Shown: one piece after another, positions 9,112 to 18,552 of the stretch | How positions within the stretch are numbered: position 1 is the first letter of the stretch | How the letters are laid out: every line of letters starts with the position of its first letter | NCBI GenBank assembly: GCA_903870815.1 | Contig: CAIQEI010000134.1 | Coordinates: 51-64,050 of the forward strand | Source of the DNA: an uncultured Verrucomicrobia subdivision 3 bacterium | GTDB lineage: Bacteria; Verrucomicrobiota; Verrucomicrobiia; Limisphaerales; UBA11358 | Direction: 5' to 3' | DNA: 64,000 bases | Program-made: the position numbers and the translations under genes | The notes under the pieces: generated by a model | Database searches by the model: none | The model's input: the letters and a program-made list of their open reading frames with translations, nothing else | What the model was told of the DNA's origin: nothing

Positions 9112-10026
9112 CTATTGCTTCCCATAAACGCTCCCCTCCACCGCGCGCCGCATTACCGCCACCGGCGCGGGCTGGCCGGTCCAGATCGCAAACGCCTTCG
9201 CGCCCTGCTGCACCAGCATGCCGACGCCGTTGGCCGTAGGGCAGCCGGCGACCCGGGCGGCAGCCAGCAATTTCGTTTCCGCGGGCTGGTAAATCATGTC
9301 ATACACCGCGCGAGCTTGCTGCAAAGGAAATTGCTTCTCATCCAGAGGCAAACGGTCTTCCATTTTCAAGCCCAGCGACGTGGCGTTCACGAGCAAATCC
9401 ACGCCTGTTTTCGGATACCCAGTGGAAACCTTGACCGCCGGAAATTGTTTTTTTATTTCACCAGCAATCTCTTCGGCTTTGCTCGCCGTGCGGTTAACCA
9501 GGAAAATTTCCGCGACTTTTTCCGCGGCCAGTTTCAACGCCGCCGTGCGCCCCGCGCCGCCGGCACCCAGCAACACGACTTTCGCGCCGAGCAATTCTAC
9601 CGCCAGATCCTCACGCAGCGAATTCGCGAGACCGTCGGCGTCCGTGTTGAAGCCAACCGCGCGGACTTCACCCGGCTGGTGACTTTGGGTTTCTGACTTT
9701 GAACTTTGGACGTCAAACCGGATGGTGTTCACGGCGCCCCAAGTTTTAGCAGATACATCCAGTTCATCCACCAGGTCCATGGCCAGCAGCTTGTGCGGCA
9801 CGGTCAAGTTGAGCCCGGCGAAGTGCATCGCCCGCGCGCCGGCGATGGCGGCGGCAAGGTTTTTGGGATCTACTTCCAGGGCGAGGTAGCGCCAGTTCAG
9901 GCCGAGCGCGGCGAAGGCGGCGTTGTGCATCGCCGGCGAGGCGGAATGCCGGACGGGCGACCCGAGCACCGCGCACAGGCGCGTGGCGGCGTTGATGGGG
10001 TCTGGGCTGGGTTGCGGCACGCGCAA
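9112..10026 (-). CDS. aroE: Shikimate dehydrogenase
   Basis: LGSPVRHSASPAMHNAAF, NTDADG and LGAGGAGR motifs. Confidence 0.85.
   Translation of the reverse strand: MRVPQPSPDPINAATRLCAVLGSPVRHSASPAMHNAAFAALGLNWRYLALEVDPKNLAAAIAGARAMHFAGLNLTVPHKLLAMDLVDELDVSAKTWGAVNTIRFDVQSSKSETQSHQPGEVRAVGFNTDADGLANSLREDLAVELLGAKVVLLGAGGAGRTAALKLAAEKVAEIFLVNRTASKAEEIAGEIKKQFPAVKVSTGYPKTGVDLLVNATSLGLKMEDRLPLDEKQFPLQQARAVYDMIYQPAETKLLAAARVAGCPTANGVGMLVQQGAKAFAIWTGQPAPVAVMRRAVEGSVYGKQ
9681..9715. repeat. Heptanucleotide-periodic tract inside aroE
   Basis: GACTTTG GGTTTCT GACTTTG AACTTTG GACGTCA. It encodes the extra loop FDVQSSKSETQSHQ between the NTI and NTD motifs. Confidence 0.7.
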
Positions 10027-10141
10027 TTTATATGCGCCCAGCGCATGACTTCAAAGCGCAAAGTCCGGTGGTTTGAAGGAGGCACGCAAACTGCTGGTTA
10101 AAAACATCAATTTGCTAATGTCTTCCATAAAATATTTAAAT

Positions 10142-11263
10142 ATGGATCTGCCGTGGAGATCGGGCGGAAGGTGGGGATGGGCCGTGTCACTTATATTGAC
10201 GCTGTTGTCCACCCTTTCGACGCCGGCGTTGACGTTCAACGTGACCTACGACACCAGCGTGACAAGCCTGCCCAACGCGGCGCAGGAGGAGGCGGCGTTC
10301 GCGGTGGCGACCCAAACACTTCAGAGCCTTTATACCAATGTCATGACGGTCAACCTCACCGTGTATTGGGGCGCCACCGGCCCATTCACCAACGGCATCA
10401 ACCTCGGTTCGAGCTACACGGAATTCGTCGGCAGCTCCAGTTTCAAGTATCCGCAGCTGACAAATGCCCTGAACGCTGCCCGAACCACGTTGGCGGACAG
10501 CAATGCCGTGGCCAGCCTGCCCGCCAGCGATCCGACCGGCGGCAGCCTGCATTGGTGGATTCCCCGGGCGGAGGCGAAGGCGCTCCGGGTGTTGTCCGTG
10601 GCTACGAATGATCCAGCGGCCGATGGTGAGGTCGGTTTTGCGGCGAACGTGACCTATACTTTCACCGCCACCAACCGGGCGGTGCCGGGCGCGGCCGACT
10701 TCATCGCTGTTGCCGAACATGAAATCACTGAGGTGCTCGGCCGGGGGTTCGCCCTCGACTATGGTCTCAACGGGTACGAGCCCTACGACTTGTTCCGCTT
10801 CACCAACAGCGGAGCGCGTAGTTTCAACGTCAACGACTCGAACGTTTATTTCTCCGTGGATGGAGGCGTTACGGCTTTAAATTATTTTTACCCCGACGTC
10901 GCCACCGGCGACTTACAGGACTGGGAGTCGGGCGTTTCACCAGATGCCTACGATGCCTATCTGTACACGGGCGAAGAGGCGACCCTTTCCGCCGCCGACC
11001 TCACGGCGGTGGACATCCTCGGCTACCATTTGAATTTCATTCCGCCCCGGCTGACGGGCAATCTGCCGGGCAACGGTTCATTACAGCTGACTTTCACCAA
11101 TGTCAGCGGCCTGAATTTCAGTATTCTGGCCAGCACCAACCTGAACCTGGCCACTACCAATTGGACCGTGCTGGGCGCGCCCACCGAGAATCCCGTCGGC
11201 CACTATCAGTTTTCCGATTCGACCACCAACCCGACCCGCTTCTATCGCGTGCGGTTGAATTAA
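10142..11263 (+). CDS. Secreted hypothetical protein (zincin-like HEITE segment, beta-rich C-terminal domain)
   Basis: Hydrophobic signal-like segment WAVSLILTLLSTLSTPALT; AEHEITEVLGR resembles HExxH but lacks the second His. The start is uncertain (10073, 10118 or 10142). Confidence 0.5.
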   Translation: MDLPWRSGGRWGWAVSLILTLLSTLSTPALTFNVTYDTSVTSLPNAAQEEAAFAVATQTLQSLYTNVMTVNLTVYWGATGPFTNGINLGSSYTEFVGSSSFKYPQLTNALNAARTTLADSNAVASLPASDPTGGSLHWWIPRAEAKALRVLSVATNDPAADGEVGFAANVTYTFTATNRAVPGAADFIAVAEHEITEVLGRGFALDYGLNGYEPYDLFRFTNSGARSFNVNDSNVYFSVDGGVTALNYFYPDVATGDLQDWESGVSPDAYDAYLYTGEEATLSAADLTAVDILGYHLNFIPPRLTGNLPGNGSLQLTFTNVSGLNFSILASTNLNLATTNWTVLGAPTENPVGHYQFSDSTTNPTRFYRVRLN

Positions 11264-11307
11264 GCAGTTACCCAAAGATTAAAAACGTTCGCCGGTAGCG
11301 AAAGGGT

Positions 11308-12186
11308 TCAATAAAGCCAATCCCCGATCTTTCCCTCCGCATTCAGCGTCACGCCTTGACGGCGGAACGCCCAGCACATGTAGCTCACGCTCACGAAATA
11401 CGACGCCGGCACGCGGTTCGCCACGCAGATCTTCACGCCCAGCAGCGTCGTCTTGCCGCCGAAACCCATCGGGCCGATGCCGAGTTCGTTCGCGGTTTTC
11501 AAAATGTCCTGCTCCAGCGCGTCCAGCTTGGGCTCGGGATTCCGGTCGTCAAGCCGGCGGAGAAACTGCGTCTTGCTCAACTCGTAGCCGGTCGCTCGGT
11601 CGCCGCCGATGCACACGCCGAGCACGCCCGGACCACAGCCCTTGCCCTGCGCCTGCAAGACCGCGTCGAGGATCGCCCGACGGCAGCCGTCGAGGTCGCG
11701 GTTCGCATGCAGGCCGTCATCCGGCAGCGAGTATTGCGCGCCGACGTTTTCGCAGCCGCCGCCCTTGAGCGCCAGCCGCACGGTAATCCCGGGCGAGCAG
11801 TGCTGGTGAAAATGGAATGCCGGCGCGCCCGGCCCGACGTTGGTGCCGTCATTTTTGCCGGTGAGCGAATCCACGGAGTTCTGGCGGAGAAAACCTTTCC
11901 TAGTCGCCAGCGTCACCGCTTCGCGCGCCGTCTCGGCGAAAGTGACCTGGTCGTAGCCGACCGGCACGTCCACGTAAAACAGCACGCTGCCGGTATCCTG
12001 GCAGATCGGCTGCGACTTGGTTTTCGCCAGGGCGATGTTCTGGTCGATGATCCTGAAGGCATTGGCCGCGAGGGAATTTTTCCGCTCGTTCTCCAGGGAC
12101 GTGAGAATCGCGCGGTGGACATCGTCCGGAATCTCGGCGGACGTGCGACGGATGAGTTCCACGAGGGAATCAAGCAATTGGCTCAT
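11308..12186 (-). CDS. Fe-S hydro-lyase alpha subunit (class I fumarate hydratase / L-tartrate dehydratase alpha)
   Basis: CQDTGSVLFYVDVP and the KGGGCEN motif typical of the FumA N-terminal / TtdA family. ATG 12186 (MSQLLDS). Confidence 0.75.
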   Translation of the reverse strand: MSQLLDSLVELIRRTSAEIPDDVHRAILTSLENERKNSLAANAFRIIDQNIALAKTKSQPICQDTGSVLFYVDVPVGYDQVTFAETAREAVTLATRKGFLRQNSVDSLTGKNDGTNVGPGAPAFHFHQHCSPGITVRLALKGGGCENVGAQYSLPDDGLHANRDLDGCRRAILDAVLQAQGKGCGPGVLGVCIGGDRATGYELSKTQFLRRLDDRNPEPKLDALEQDILKTANELGIGPMGFGGKTTLLGVKICVANRVPASYFVSVSYMCWAFRRQGVTLNAEGKIGDWLY

Positions 12187-12331
12187 AAATCTGACAACAG
12201 CGTAAGACGTGCGGTCCAAACCGTCAATTGCGCGCAGTTGGGGATAGTTCCGGAAAGCGAGTTCCGCGAGTCCCTACGAAAAGAGCTGCTGGCCAGTTGC
12301 ATTTCATGCTGGCGCTGGCTTTAATCTGCGC

Positions 12332-14620
12332 GTGCAACCGAACGGCAATGCCACTTTCGCCGAAAAGTTTTTCAAGCCTGTGCGCTTTGGGATTTTCCTG
12401 GCGCTGTTAGTGTTCGCCAGCTTCCCGCAGGTGGTGCTCGGCCTGGAAACATTTGTCGCGCGCGACTTCGGATTTTTCGCCTATCCGCTCGCGCATTTCC
12501 AGCAGGACTGCCTGCGGCAGGGTCAATTGCCCTTCTGGGATCCCTACAACAACTGCGGTGTGCCCTTTCTCGCGCAATGGAATACAATGCCGCTCTATCC
12601 GCCGGCGCTGTTTTATCTGGCGCTGCCGCTGACGTGGTCGCTAGGGATGTTTTCGCTGCTCCATTTCTGGTGGGCGGGCTTGGGAATGTATTTTCTGGCG
12701 CGCCGCTGGACGGGCAATGATTTCGCCGCCGCGTTTGCGGGCGTGGCGTTCGCGTTCAACGGCTTTACGCTCAACCTCATCATGTGGCCGAGCCACATGG
12801 CCACGTTCAGCTGGCTGCCGTGGGTCGTGCTGCTGGCGGAACGCGCGTGGCGGGACGACTGGCAAGGGATCATTTTTGCCGCGTTTGCGGGCGCATTTCA
12901 GATGCTCGCGGGCGGACCGGAAATCATACTCTTCACCTGGCTCATCGTCTCGGCGCTGTGGCTGCAGCAGTTCATCCACGGCGAAACGCCGCGCGGCGCG
13001 ATGCTCTGGCGCTATCCGCTGGTGGTCGGGCTCGTCTTTTCACTCACGCTGGCGCAACTGCTGCCGTTTCTCGACCTCGTCGCGCACGCGCAACGCGAAT
13101 CCGGCTTTGCGGATTTGCGCTGGTCCATGCCCGGCTCCGGTCTGGCCAATTTGCTGGTGCCGATGGCGTTCGGCTCCACGGCCACGGAGGGCATCTTCTT
13201 CCAGCACGGGCAGTACTGGACTTCATCATATTACCTGGGCGTCGGCACACTCTGGCTGGCGTTGCTGGCGCCGTTGGGCCGGAGCGAACGGCGCGTGTGG
13301 CTGCTCGGAGCCATTACCGTCACCGGATTGATTTTAGCGCTCGGCGAAAACACGCCGGTGCTGCCCGCGCTGCGCCGGTTGTTGCCGCAATTGAGTTTCA
13401 TCACTTATCCGATCAAATACATCACCATGGCCATCTTCGCCGCGCCGCTGCTGGCGGCGTTCGCGCTGGTCGATATCGCGAAAGTGCAGAAAAATTTGCT
13501 ACCACTCGGCGGCGGGCTATTCGCGCTACTCGCGGGAATTTTATTCTGGACGCAGCAGGCCCCGCAACCTGGCGACGACCCGGCGGCGGCATTGGCCAGC
13601 GGCTTCTCGCGGGCGGCCTTTTTGATTTTCACCGGGGCCGTACTTTTCGTTCTGGCGAAAAACACCAAGTCATTCCTCCTCCGTTTCGCGCCACTGCTGT
13701 TGGTTCTGATCGCGTGGGCGGATGTCTTCACGCATCTGCCGGGACAAAATCCCACCGTGCCGCCGACCGTGTATGAACTAAACCTTGGTCGAGTCGTACT
13801 CGCCATGCGTCCGCAGCCGGAACTCGGCGGTTCGCGCGCGATGCTGTCCCCGGAGGCGGCCCTGGAACTGACCAGCTTCGCCGCCAGCGACGCCAAAACC
13901 AACTTCCTCGCCAAGCGCACCGGCTACTGCGCCAACGCCAACCTGCTGGACGGCGTGCCCAAAGTGGACGGCTTCTTCTCGCTCACGCCGCGCGAGTTTG
14001 ACAACCTGCTGTCGCTGATTTACAGCGTGACCAACGGCAACTGGGCGCAGCTTGAAAATTTCCTGGGCGTGTCGCAATTCACCGCGCCGGGCAATCCGCT
14101 GGCGTGGCAGGCGCGGACAAGTTTTCTACCGCTCGTCACCGCCGGCCAGAAGCCGGTTTTCCTCGACGACACCAACACGCTCTGGGCTTTTGGCCGAAAC
14201 GATTTTGACGGAACCAGAATGGTCTTCCTGCCGCCGGAAGCCAGACCGTTGGTGACGGTTTCCAACCGAACCACCGCCAAAGTTCTCAATTCCCAATTCG
14301 ACAACAACACCGTGGACGCCGTAGTTGAAGCCCTAGAACCATCGCTTGTCATTATCGCGCAAACTTATTTTCACAATTGGCAAGCGGAAGTGGATGGGAA
14401 AATGGCGCCGCTGTTCCGGGCGAATGCAGCCTTCCAAGCCGTGCAGGTACCGGCCGGCCATCACCGGTTGCATCTCTCCTACCGCGACCGCGCGTTTGAG
14501 ATCGGCGCAGCAATTTCCATTTGCATGTGGGTGAACTGCTTCATCACCCTGCTGCTGGTTATGCGCCGGTCCTGGCCACCGACACCACCAGACCCAGAAG
14601 AAGAAGAAAACTATTTTTAA
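12332..14620 (+). CDS. Large polytopic membrane protein, YfhO-like
   Basis: 762 aa with about 13 TM helices followed by a soluble C-terminal domain. The N-terminal region (FFAYPLAHF...LPFWDPYNNCGVPFLAQWNTMPLYP) resembles the YfhO family. GTG start. Confidence 0.55.
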   Translation: MQPNGNATFAEKFFKPVRFGIFLALLVFASFPQVVLGLETFVARDFGFFAYPLAHFQQDCLRQGQLPFWDPYNNCGVPFLAQWNTMPLYPPALFYLALPLTWSLGMFSLLHFWWAGLGMYFLARRWTGNDFAAAFAGVAFAFNGFTLNLIMWPSHMATFSWLPWVVLLAERAWRDDWQGIIFAAFAGAFQMLAGGPEIILFTWLIVSALWLQQFIHGETPRGAMLWRYPLVVGLVFSLTLAQLLPFLDLVAHAQRESGFADLRWSMPGSGLANLLVPMAFGSTATEGIFFQHGQYWTSSYYLGVGTLWLALLAPLGRSERRVWLLGAITVTGLILALGENTPVLPALRRLLPQLSFITYPIKYITMAIFAAPLLAAFALVDIAKVQKNLLPLGGGLFALLAGILFWTQQAPQPGDDPAAALASGFSRAAFLIFTGAVLFVLAKNTKSFLLRFAPLLLVLIAWADVFTHLPGQNPTVPPTVYELNLGRVVLAMRPQPELGGSRAMLSPEAALELTSFAASDAKTNFLAKRTGYCANANLLDGVPKVDGFFSLTPREFDNLLSLIYSVTNGNWAQLENFLGVSQFTAPGNPLAWQARTSFLPLVTAGQKPVFLDDTNTLWAFGRNDFDGTRMVFLPPEARPLVTVSNRTTAKVLNSQFDNNTVDAVVEALEPSLVIIAQTYFHNWQAEVDGKMAPLFRANAAFQAVQVPAGHHRLHLSYRDRAFEIGAAISICMWVNCFITLLLVMRRSWPPTPPDPEEEENYF

Positions 14621-14636
14621 TCAGGCTACCGGGGTG

Positions 14637-14673
14637 CAAAAAAAACACCACTGGCTCGCGCCAATGGTGTTTG
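14637..14673 (-). terminator. Rho-independent terminator for lpdA (weakly bidirectional)
   Basis: Stem AAACACCAcTGG / CCAaTGGTGTTT with loop CTCGCG. On the minus strand it is followed by TTTTTTTT. It sits between convergent genes. Confidence 0.7.
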
Positions 14674-14692
14674 AGAAAATAATTAAGCAGAA

Positions 14693-16114
14693 TTATTCCG
14701 CCGATTTCTTCTTGGCGATGGTGTGCGTCGCGTGTCCGTAAAACACCTCCGCGCATTCCATGAGCGTTTCGGACAACGTCGGATGCGGGTGCACGGTCAA
14801 CGCGATGTCCTCAGCGGTCGCACCCATCTCCATAGCGAGCGTCGCCTCGGAAATCAGTTCGCCGGCACCCGCGCCGCAGATGCCAACGCCCAGAATCCGA
14901 TCGGTGTCGGGATCAATCAGCATCTTCGTCACACCATCCGTGCGGTCGAACGACAGCGCGCGACCGGACGCCGACCACGGGAATTTGGCGACTTCGTATT
15001 TGACACCCTTCTCCTTGGCCTCGGCCTCGGTCAAACCGCACCAGGCGAGTTCCGGGTCGGTGAAAACCACGGCGGGGATGACAATATTCTCAAAAACCGT
15101 GTTCTCGCCGTGGATGTTTTCCACCGCGATGCGCGCCTCCTTGTGCGCCTTATGCGCGAGCAGGATACCGCCGGCGATGTCGCCGATGGCGTAAATGCTG
15201 GGATCGTCGGTTTGCTGATGATGGTTGACCTTGACGAAGCCTTTTTCGTCCAGCACCGCCTTGGTATTTTCCAAGCCGAGGTCGGCGCTGTTGGGCACGC
15301 GCCCGACAGCCACCAGGACGCGGTCATAAAGCTCGGTCAATTTCTGGCCGTTGAATTCGGACTCGACCTTGATCTGTTTGCCAGCGGTGGACATTTTGCT
15401 CACACGCGCTTTGAGCCGGATTTCCTTGAAGGATTTTTTGGCATTCTGGACGACCGGCCGCGCGAGGTCGGGATCCGCACCGGCGAGAATCGCGTCCAAG
15501 GCCTCGACCACCGTCACCTTGCTGCCGAGGGCGGAATACACAAAGCCCAGTTCCATGCCGATGTAACCGCCGCCGACGACGAGCAGGTTTTCGGGAATGT
15601 CTTCGACTTCGAGGGCCTCGGTGGAAGTCATCACCCGCGGGTTGCCGAGGTCGAACGCCTTGGGCATCGCCGCCACCGAACCCACCGCCAGCACGGCCTG
15701 GTCGTATTCAACGAACTGCTGGCCGGCGGCCGTTTCCACGCGCAGCTTGTTCGAGCCTTCAAAATAGGCCCGGCCCTGAACGACCTGCACGCCGCGCATT
15801 TTCGCCAGGGTCGCCACCCCGCCGCCAAGTTTTTCCAAAATGGATTCCTTCCAGGCGCGGAGTTGGTTCACGTCCACGACCGGCTCGGCAAAAGTGATGC
15901 CGCGATGCGCCGATTCACGCGCGCCGACAATCTGGTGCGTCGCATACAACAGCGCCTTCGAGGGGATACAGCCCCGGTTCAGGCACACGCCCCCGAGCCG
16001 CTTCTCGCGCTCGATGAGGATGACTTTCTTGCCGAGGTCGGCCGCATAAAAAGCCGCGGCATAGCCGCCGGGGCCAGCACCCACCACCACAATTTCAGTC
16101 TTGATCGAATCCAT
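14693..16114 (-). CDS. lpdA: Dihydrolipoyl dehydrogenase (E3)
   Basis: VVGAGPGGYAAA and the redox disulfide GGVCLNRGCIPSK; 473 aa. Confidence 0.9.
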   Translation of the reverse strand: MDSIKTEIVVVGAGPGGYAAAFYAADLGKKVILIEREKRLGGVCLNRGCIPSKALLYATHQIVGARESAHRGITFAEPVVDVNQLRAWKESILEKLGGGVATLAKMRGVQVVQGRAYFEGSNKLRVETAAGQQFVEYDQAVLAVGSVAAMPKAFDLGNPRVMTSTEALEVEDIPENLLVVGGGYIGMELGFVYSALGSKVTVVEALDAILAGADPDLARPVVQNAKKSFKEIRLKARVSKMSTAGKQIKVESEFNGQKLTELYDRVLVAVGRVPNSADLGLENTKAVLDEKGFVKVNHHQQTDDPSIYAIGDIAGGILLAHKAHKEARIAVENIHGENTVFENIVIPAVVFTDPELAWCGLTEAEAKEKGVKYEVAKFPWSASGRALSFDRTDGVTKMLIDPDTDRILGVGICGAGAGELISEATLAMEMGATAEDIALTVHPHPTLSETLMECAEVFYGHATHTIAKKKSAE

Positions 16115-16119
16115 AGAAA

Positions 16120-17415
16120 TTAAATCTTCACAGCTTCCTCACCAAAGTTTTCAAACGCCTTCACCAAATCCACCGTGAACCGCGCAGCGCTGCCGCCGTC
16201 AATCACGCGGTGGTCGTAGCTCAACGCCACCGGCGTGAGCAGCCGCGCCTCGATCTTGCCGTCACGCACCACCGGTTTCAGCGCGCCGCGGCCAAGGCCG
16301 AGGATGGCGACTTCCGGCAAGTTGATAATCGGCGTGAAATGCGCGCCGCCGATGGCGCCCTGGTTGGAGATGGTGAACGTTCCGCCTTTCATCTCGTCGG
16401 CGGTAATTTTCCGGTCGCGCGCCTTCGCGGCGAGCGATTCCAATTCCTTCGCCAGTTCGCACAGGGATTTTTTGTCCACGTCACGGATGACCGGCACCAT
16501 CAAACCCTGATCCGTGTCCACCGCAATGCCGAGATGGATGTATTCCTTGAGCACAATCTCGCCGGCGACCTCGTCGAGGCTGGAATTGAAAATCGGATGT
16601 TGCTTCAAGGTTTCCGCCACCGCCTTCAGCACGAACGGCGTGAGCGTGAGCTTGACGCCTTTGGATTCATAAGCCGGCGCAAATTTTTTCCGCAACTCAC
16701 CAACGCGGGTGAAATCAATGTCGTCAAACTGCGTCACGCGGGCGACGGAGTTCCAGCTTTCGCTCATCCGACGGGCGATGACCTTGCGCAACGGCGTGAC
16801 GGGCTTCTTGAGGATGGGCCCCCACTGAGAGAAATCAACCTGCACGGGCACGGGCTTGGCAGGAGCGGCTTCAGCCGGAGGCGCCGCCGCAGATCGAGCG
16901 GCGGACCGGATGAGCCGTTGGATGTAATTGCGCACGTCAGCGGCGACGATGCGGCCGCCGGATTCGCTGCCGGCGATCTGGTGCAAATCAATGCCCAGTT
17001 CGCGGGCCAGCTTGCGGATGGACGGCGAAGCGGTGGGGTTTTCGTTGACGATTCCATCCGCCGATTCAGCGACCGGCTGATCGTCGGTTTCTGGCGCAAC
17101 CGGCGCGGGCCGGGCGGCCACTTTTTTCGCGGCGGGTTTGGGCGCGGGCACTGCGACTGCGGGAGCGGCAGCGGCCGGAGCCGCACCGTCGGCAATGGTG
17201 ATGAGTTTCTGGCCGACGCCGATGCGGTCGCCAACCTTGACGTGGACTTTTTCCACGACGCCGGCGCCGGTGGATGGGATTGAGGCGACCGCCTTTTCGT
17301 TTTCCAGTTCCAATATGGCCTGGTCCTTGGCCACCGTGTCGCCCTCCTTAACGAAAATGCCAACTACGACGCCGGTATCGGCGCCTTCACCCAGCTTGGG
17401 AAGTTTTACATCCAT
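16120..17415 (-). CDS. 2-oxoacid dehydrogenase E2 dihydrolipoamide acyltransferase
   Basis: Lipoyl domain (LELENEKAVASIPS), Ala/Pro linkers, a subunit-binding domain (SPSIRKLARELGIDL) and catalytic DHRVIDG. ATG 17415 (MDVKLPKLGEG). Confidence 0.85.
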   Translation of the reverse strand: MDVKLPKLGEGADTGVVVGIFVKEGDTVAKDQAILELENEKAVASIPSTGAGVVEKVHVKVGDRIGVGQKLITIADGAAPAAAAPAVAVPAPKPAAKKVAARPAPVAPETDDQPVAESADGIVNENPTASPSIRKLARELGIDLHQIAGSESGGRIVAADVRNYIQRLIRSAARSAAAPPAEAAPAKPVPVQVDFSQWGPILKKPVTPLRKVIARRMSESWNSVARVTQFDDIDFTRVGELRKKFAPAYESKGVKLTLTPFVLKAVAETLKQHPIFNSSLDEVAGEIVLKEYIHLGIAVDTDQGLMVPVIRDVDKKSLCELAKELESLAAKARDRKITADEMKGGTFTISNQGAIGGAHFTPIINLPEVAILGLGRGALKPVVRDGKIEARLLTPVALSYDHRVIDGGSAARFTVDLVKAFENFGEEAVKI

Positions 17416-17967
17416 AAATTCGAGAGAAAGCTTGCCGCAATAAGGCGCGCTTTTCCAGCAGGAAATTTTTTGCCGTAGTCTGGACAAAAATTGTCCGGTT
17501 TTGGCTTAACATTGGTAGAGGCTGAATACCCCAGCCAACACCGGCAGTTTACGCTGCAACTAATTTTCGCTCAATAGCCCTGGAAGTCAAAGCGGGGAAT
17601 GCATAATTTCCACCCAAGGGAATAAACATTTTTTGTATAAACCAAACCTTGCCGGCGCGGTTTACCCGCTTAACCGGCCGCCCCGAAGCCTGGCGCGGAA
17701 TTGCATCACCGGGGAAATTTCAACGCCTGGCAGGGCGCAATCAAGCGAATATTTGACAAGGTTGGAGCGTTGCGGCACGGACGACTTCCGCTGGCTGGCA
17801 AGCGAGCAGCCTCTCCACCTGTCTTCCCATCCACACTTTCGTGCCAGCTGGTCGGTGTCTAGGCTTTAGACTATTTACGACCCAAGCCATAGCTGCACAA
17901 AAATGCAGGGTCCCAGGTCCGGCCAATCGGGAACCAAAGAAGCGCAGCCGAGCTTGGAAGCTTTAGC

Positions 17968-18366
17968 TCAATCGTATTGGCTGATGGTGATCAACCCGTC
18001 GGGATTAGTCACGTTACGTCCTTGAAGGAAGTAGATATGCTGGTAGCCGAGCTGGCGCAATTCTATAAACCACGGGGTGCCACGGTCGCGGAACTGGTCG
18101 CCGGGCCCGGATTCGGTGTAATTTTCGAGGATCACCACAGCCGTTTGATGTCGAGGCAGGGACATGGCCAGTCGCAAAAGCTTATCATCCGCCTCCTTTG
18201 GCGAGGTGATGGGTTGCACAATCTGGCTGGTGCGGGCATCCAAAGACCGAATGACAAGCATGTTATTGTCGATTTTATGGAACGCGACCGGTGCCGGCGG
18301 CGGCGTCGCGCAGGAAGTCAGAAAGAACGGCAAGGCGGTTAGGGCCAAAAGCAGGTTTTTAATCAT
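17968..18366 (-). CDS. Hypothetical lipoprotein
   Basis: Lipobox LPFFLTSC after a signal peptide; 132 aa; lower GC than its neighbours. Confidence 0.55.
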   Translation of the reverse strand: MIKNLLLALTALPFFLTSCATPPPAPVAFHKIDNNMLVIRSLDARTSQIVQPITSPKEADDKLLRLAMSLPRHQTAVVILENYTESGPGDQFRDRGTPWFIELRQLGYQHIYFLQGRNVTNPDGLITISQYD

Positions 18367-18552
18367 GCGTTTTATGAGCAGCTACAATGCCGAGAATAAT
18401 TTCTTAGAATTTGAAGAAATCGCCCTGAGTTCTGTCCCGATTTTTGACTGGCCCGATGAAACCGAACCCGAACTTGGAAAATACAACAATGAAAATCCTA
18501 CATCAAAAATTTTCGTCGCCAGCCGCCACCACAATTGATAGCTCTGCTGCCG

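Noticed and set aside
14723-16123. A 466-aa plus-strand ORF, and similar long ORFs at 55460-58180 (+), 59874-61475 (+), 50478-52094 (-), 62149-63234 (-), 20619-21980 (+), 11356-12324 (+), 16210-17283 (+), 24522-25538 (+) and 40967-41833 (-).
   Set aside because: Each lies antisense to a gene with unmistakable family motifs (lpdA, gyrA, gyrB, debranching enzyme, gcvP, histidine kinase, fumarase alpha, E2, DUF362, SPFH). Their translations are Arg/Gly/His/Asp-rich low-complexity sequence typical of shadow ORFs in high-GC DNA.
17882-17957. An SRP (4.5S) RNA, suggested by CAGGTCCGG...GAAGCGCAGCC within a long hairpin.
   Set aside because: The apical region does not reproduce the conserved GGAA tetraloop or the AGCAGCC symmetric-loop arrangement. 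The similarity is limited to short GC-rich strings.
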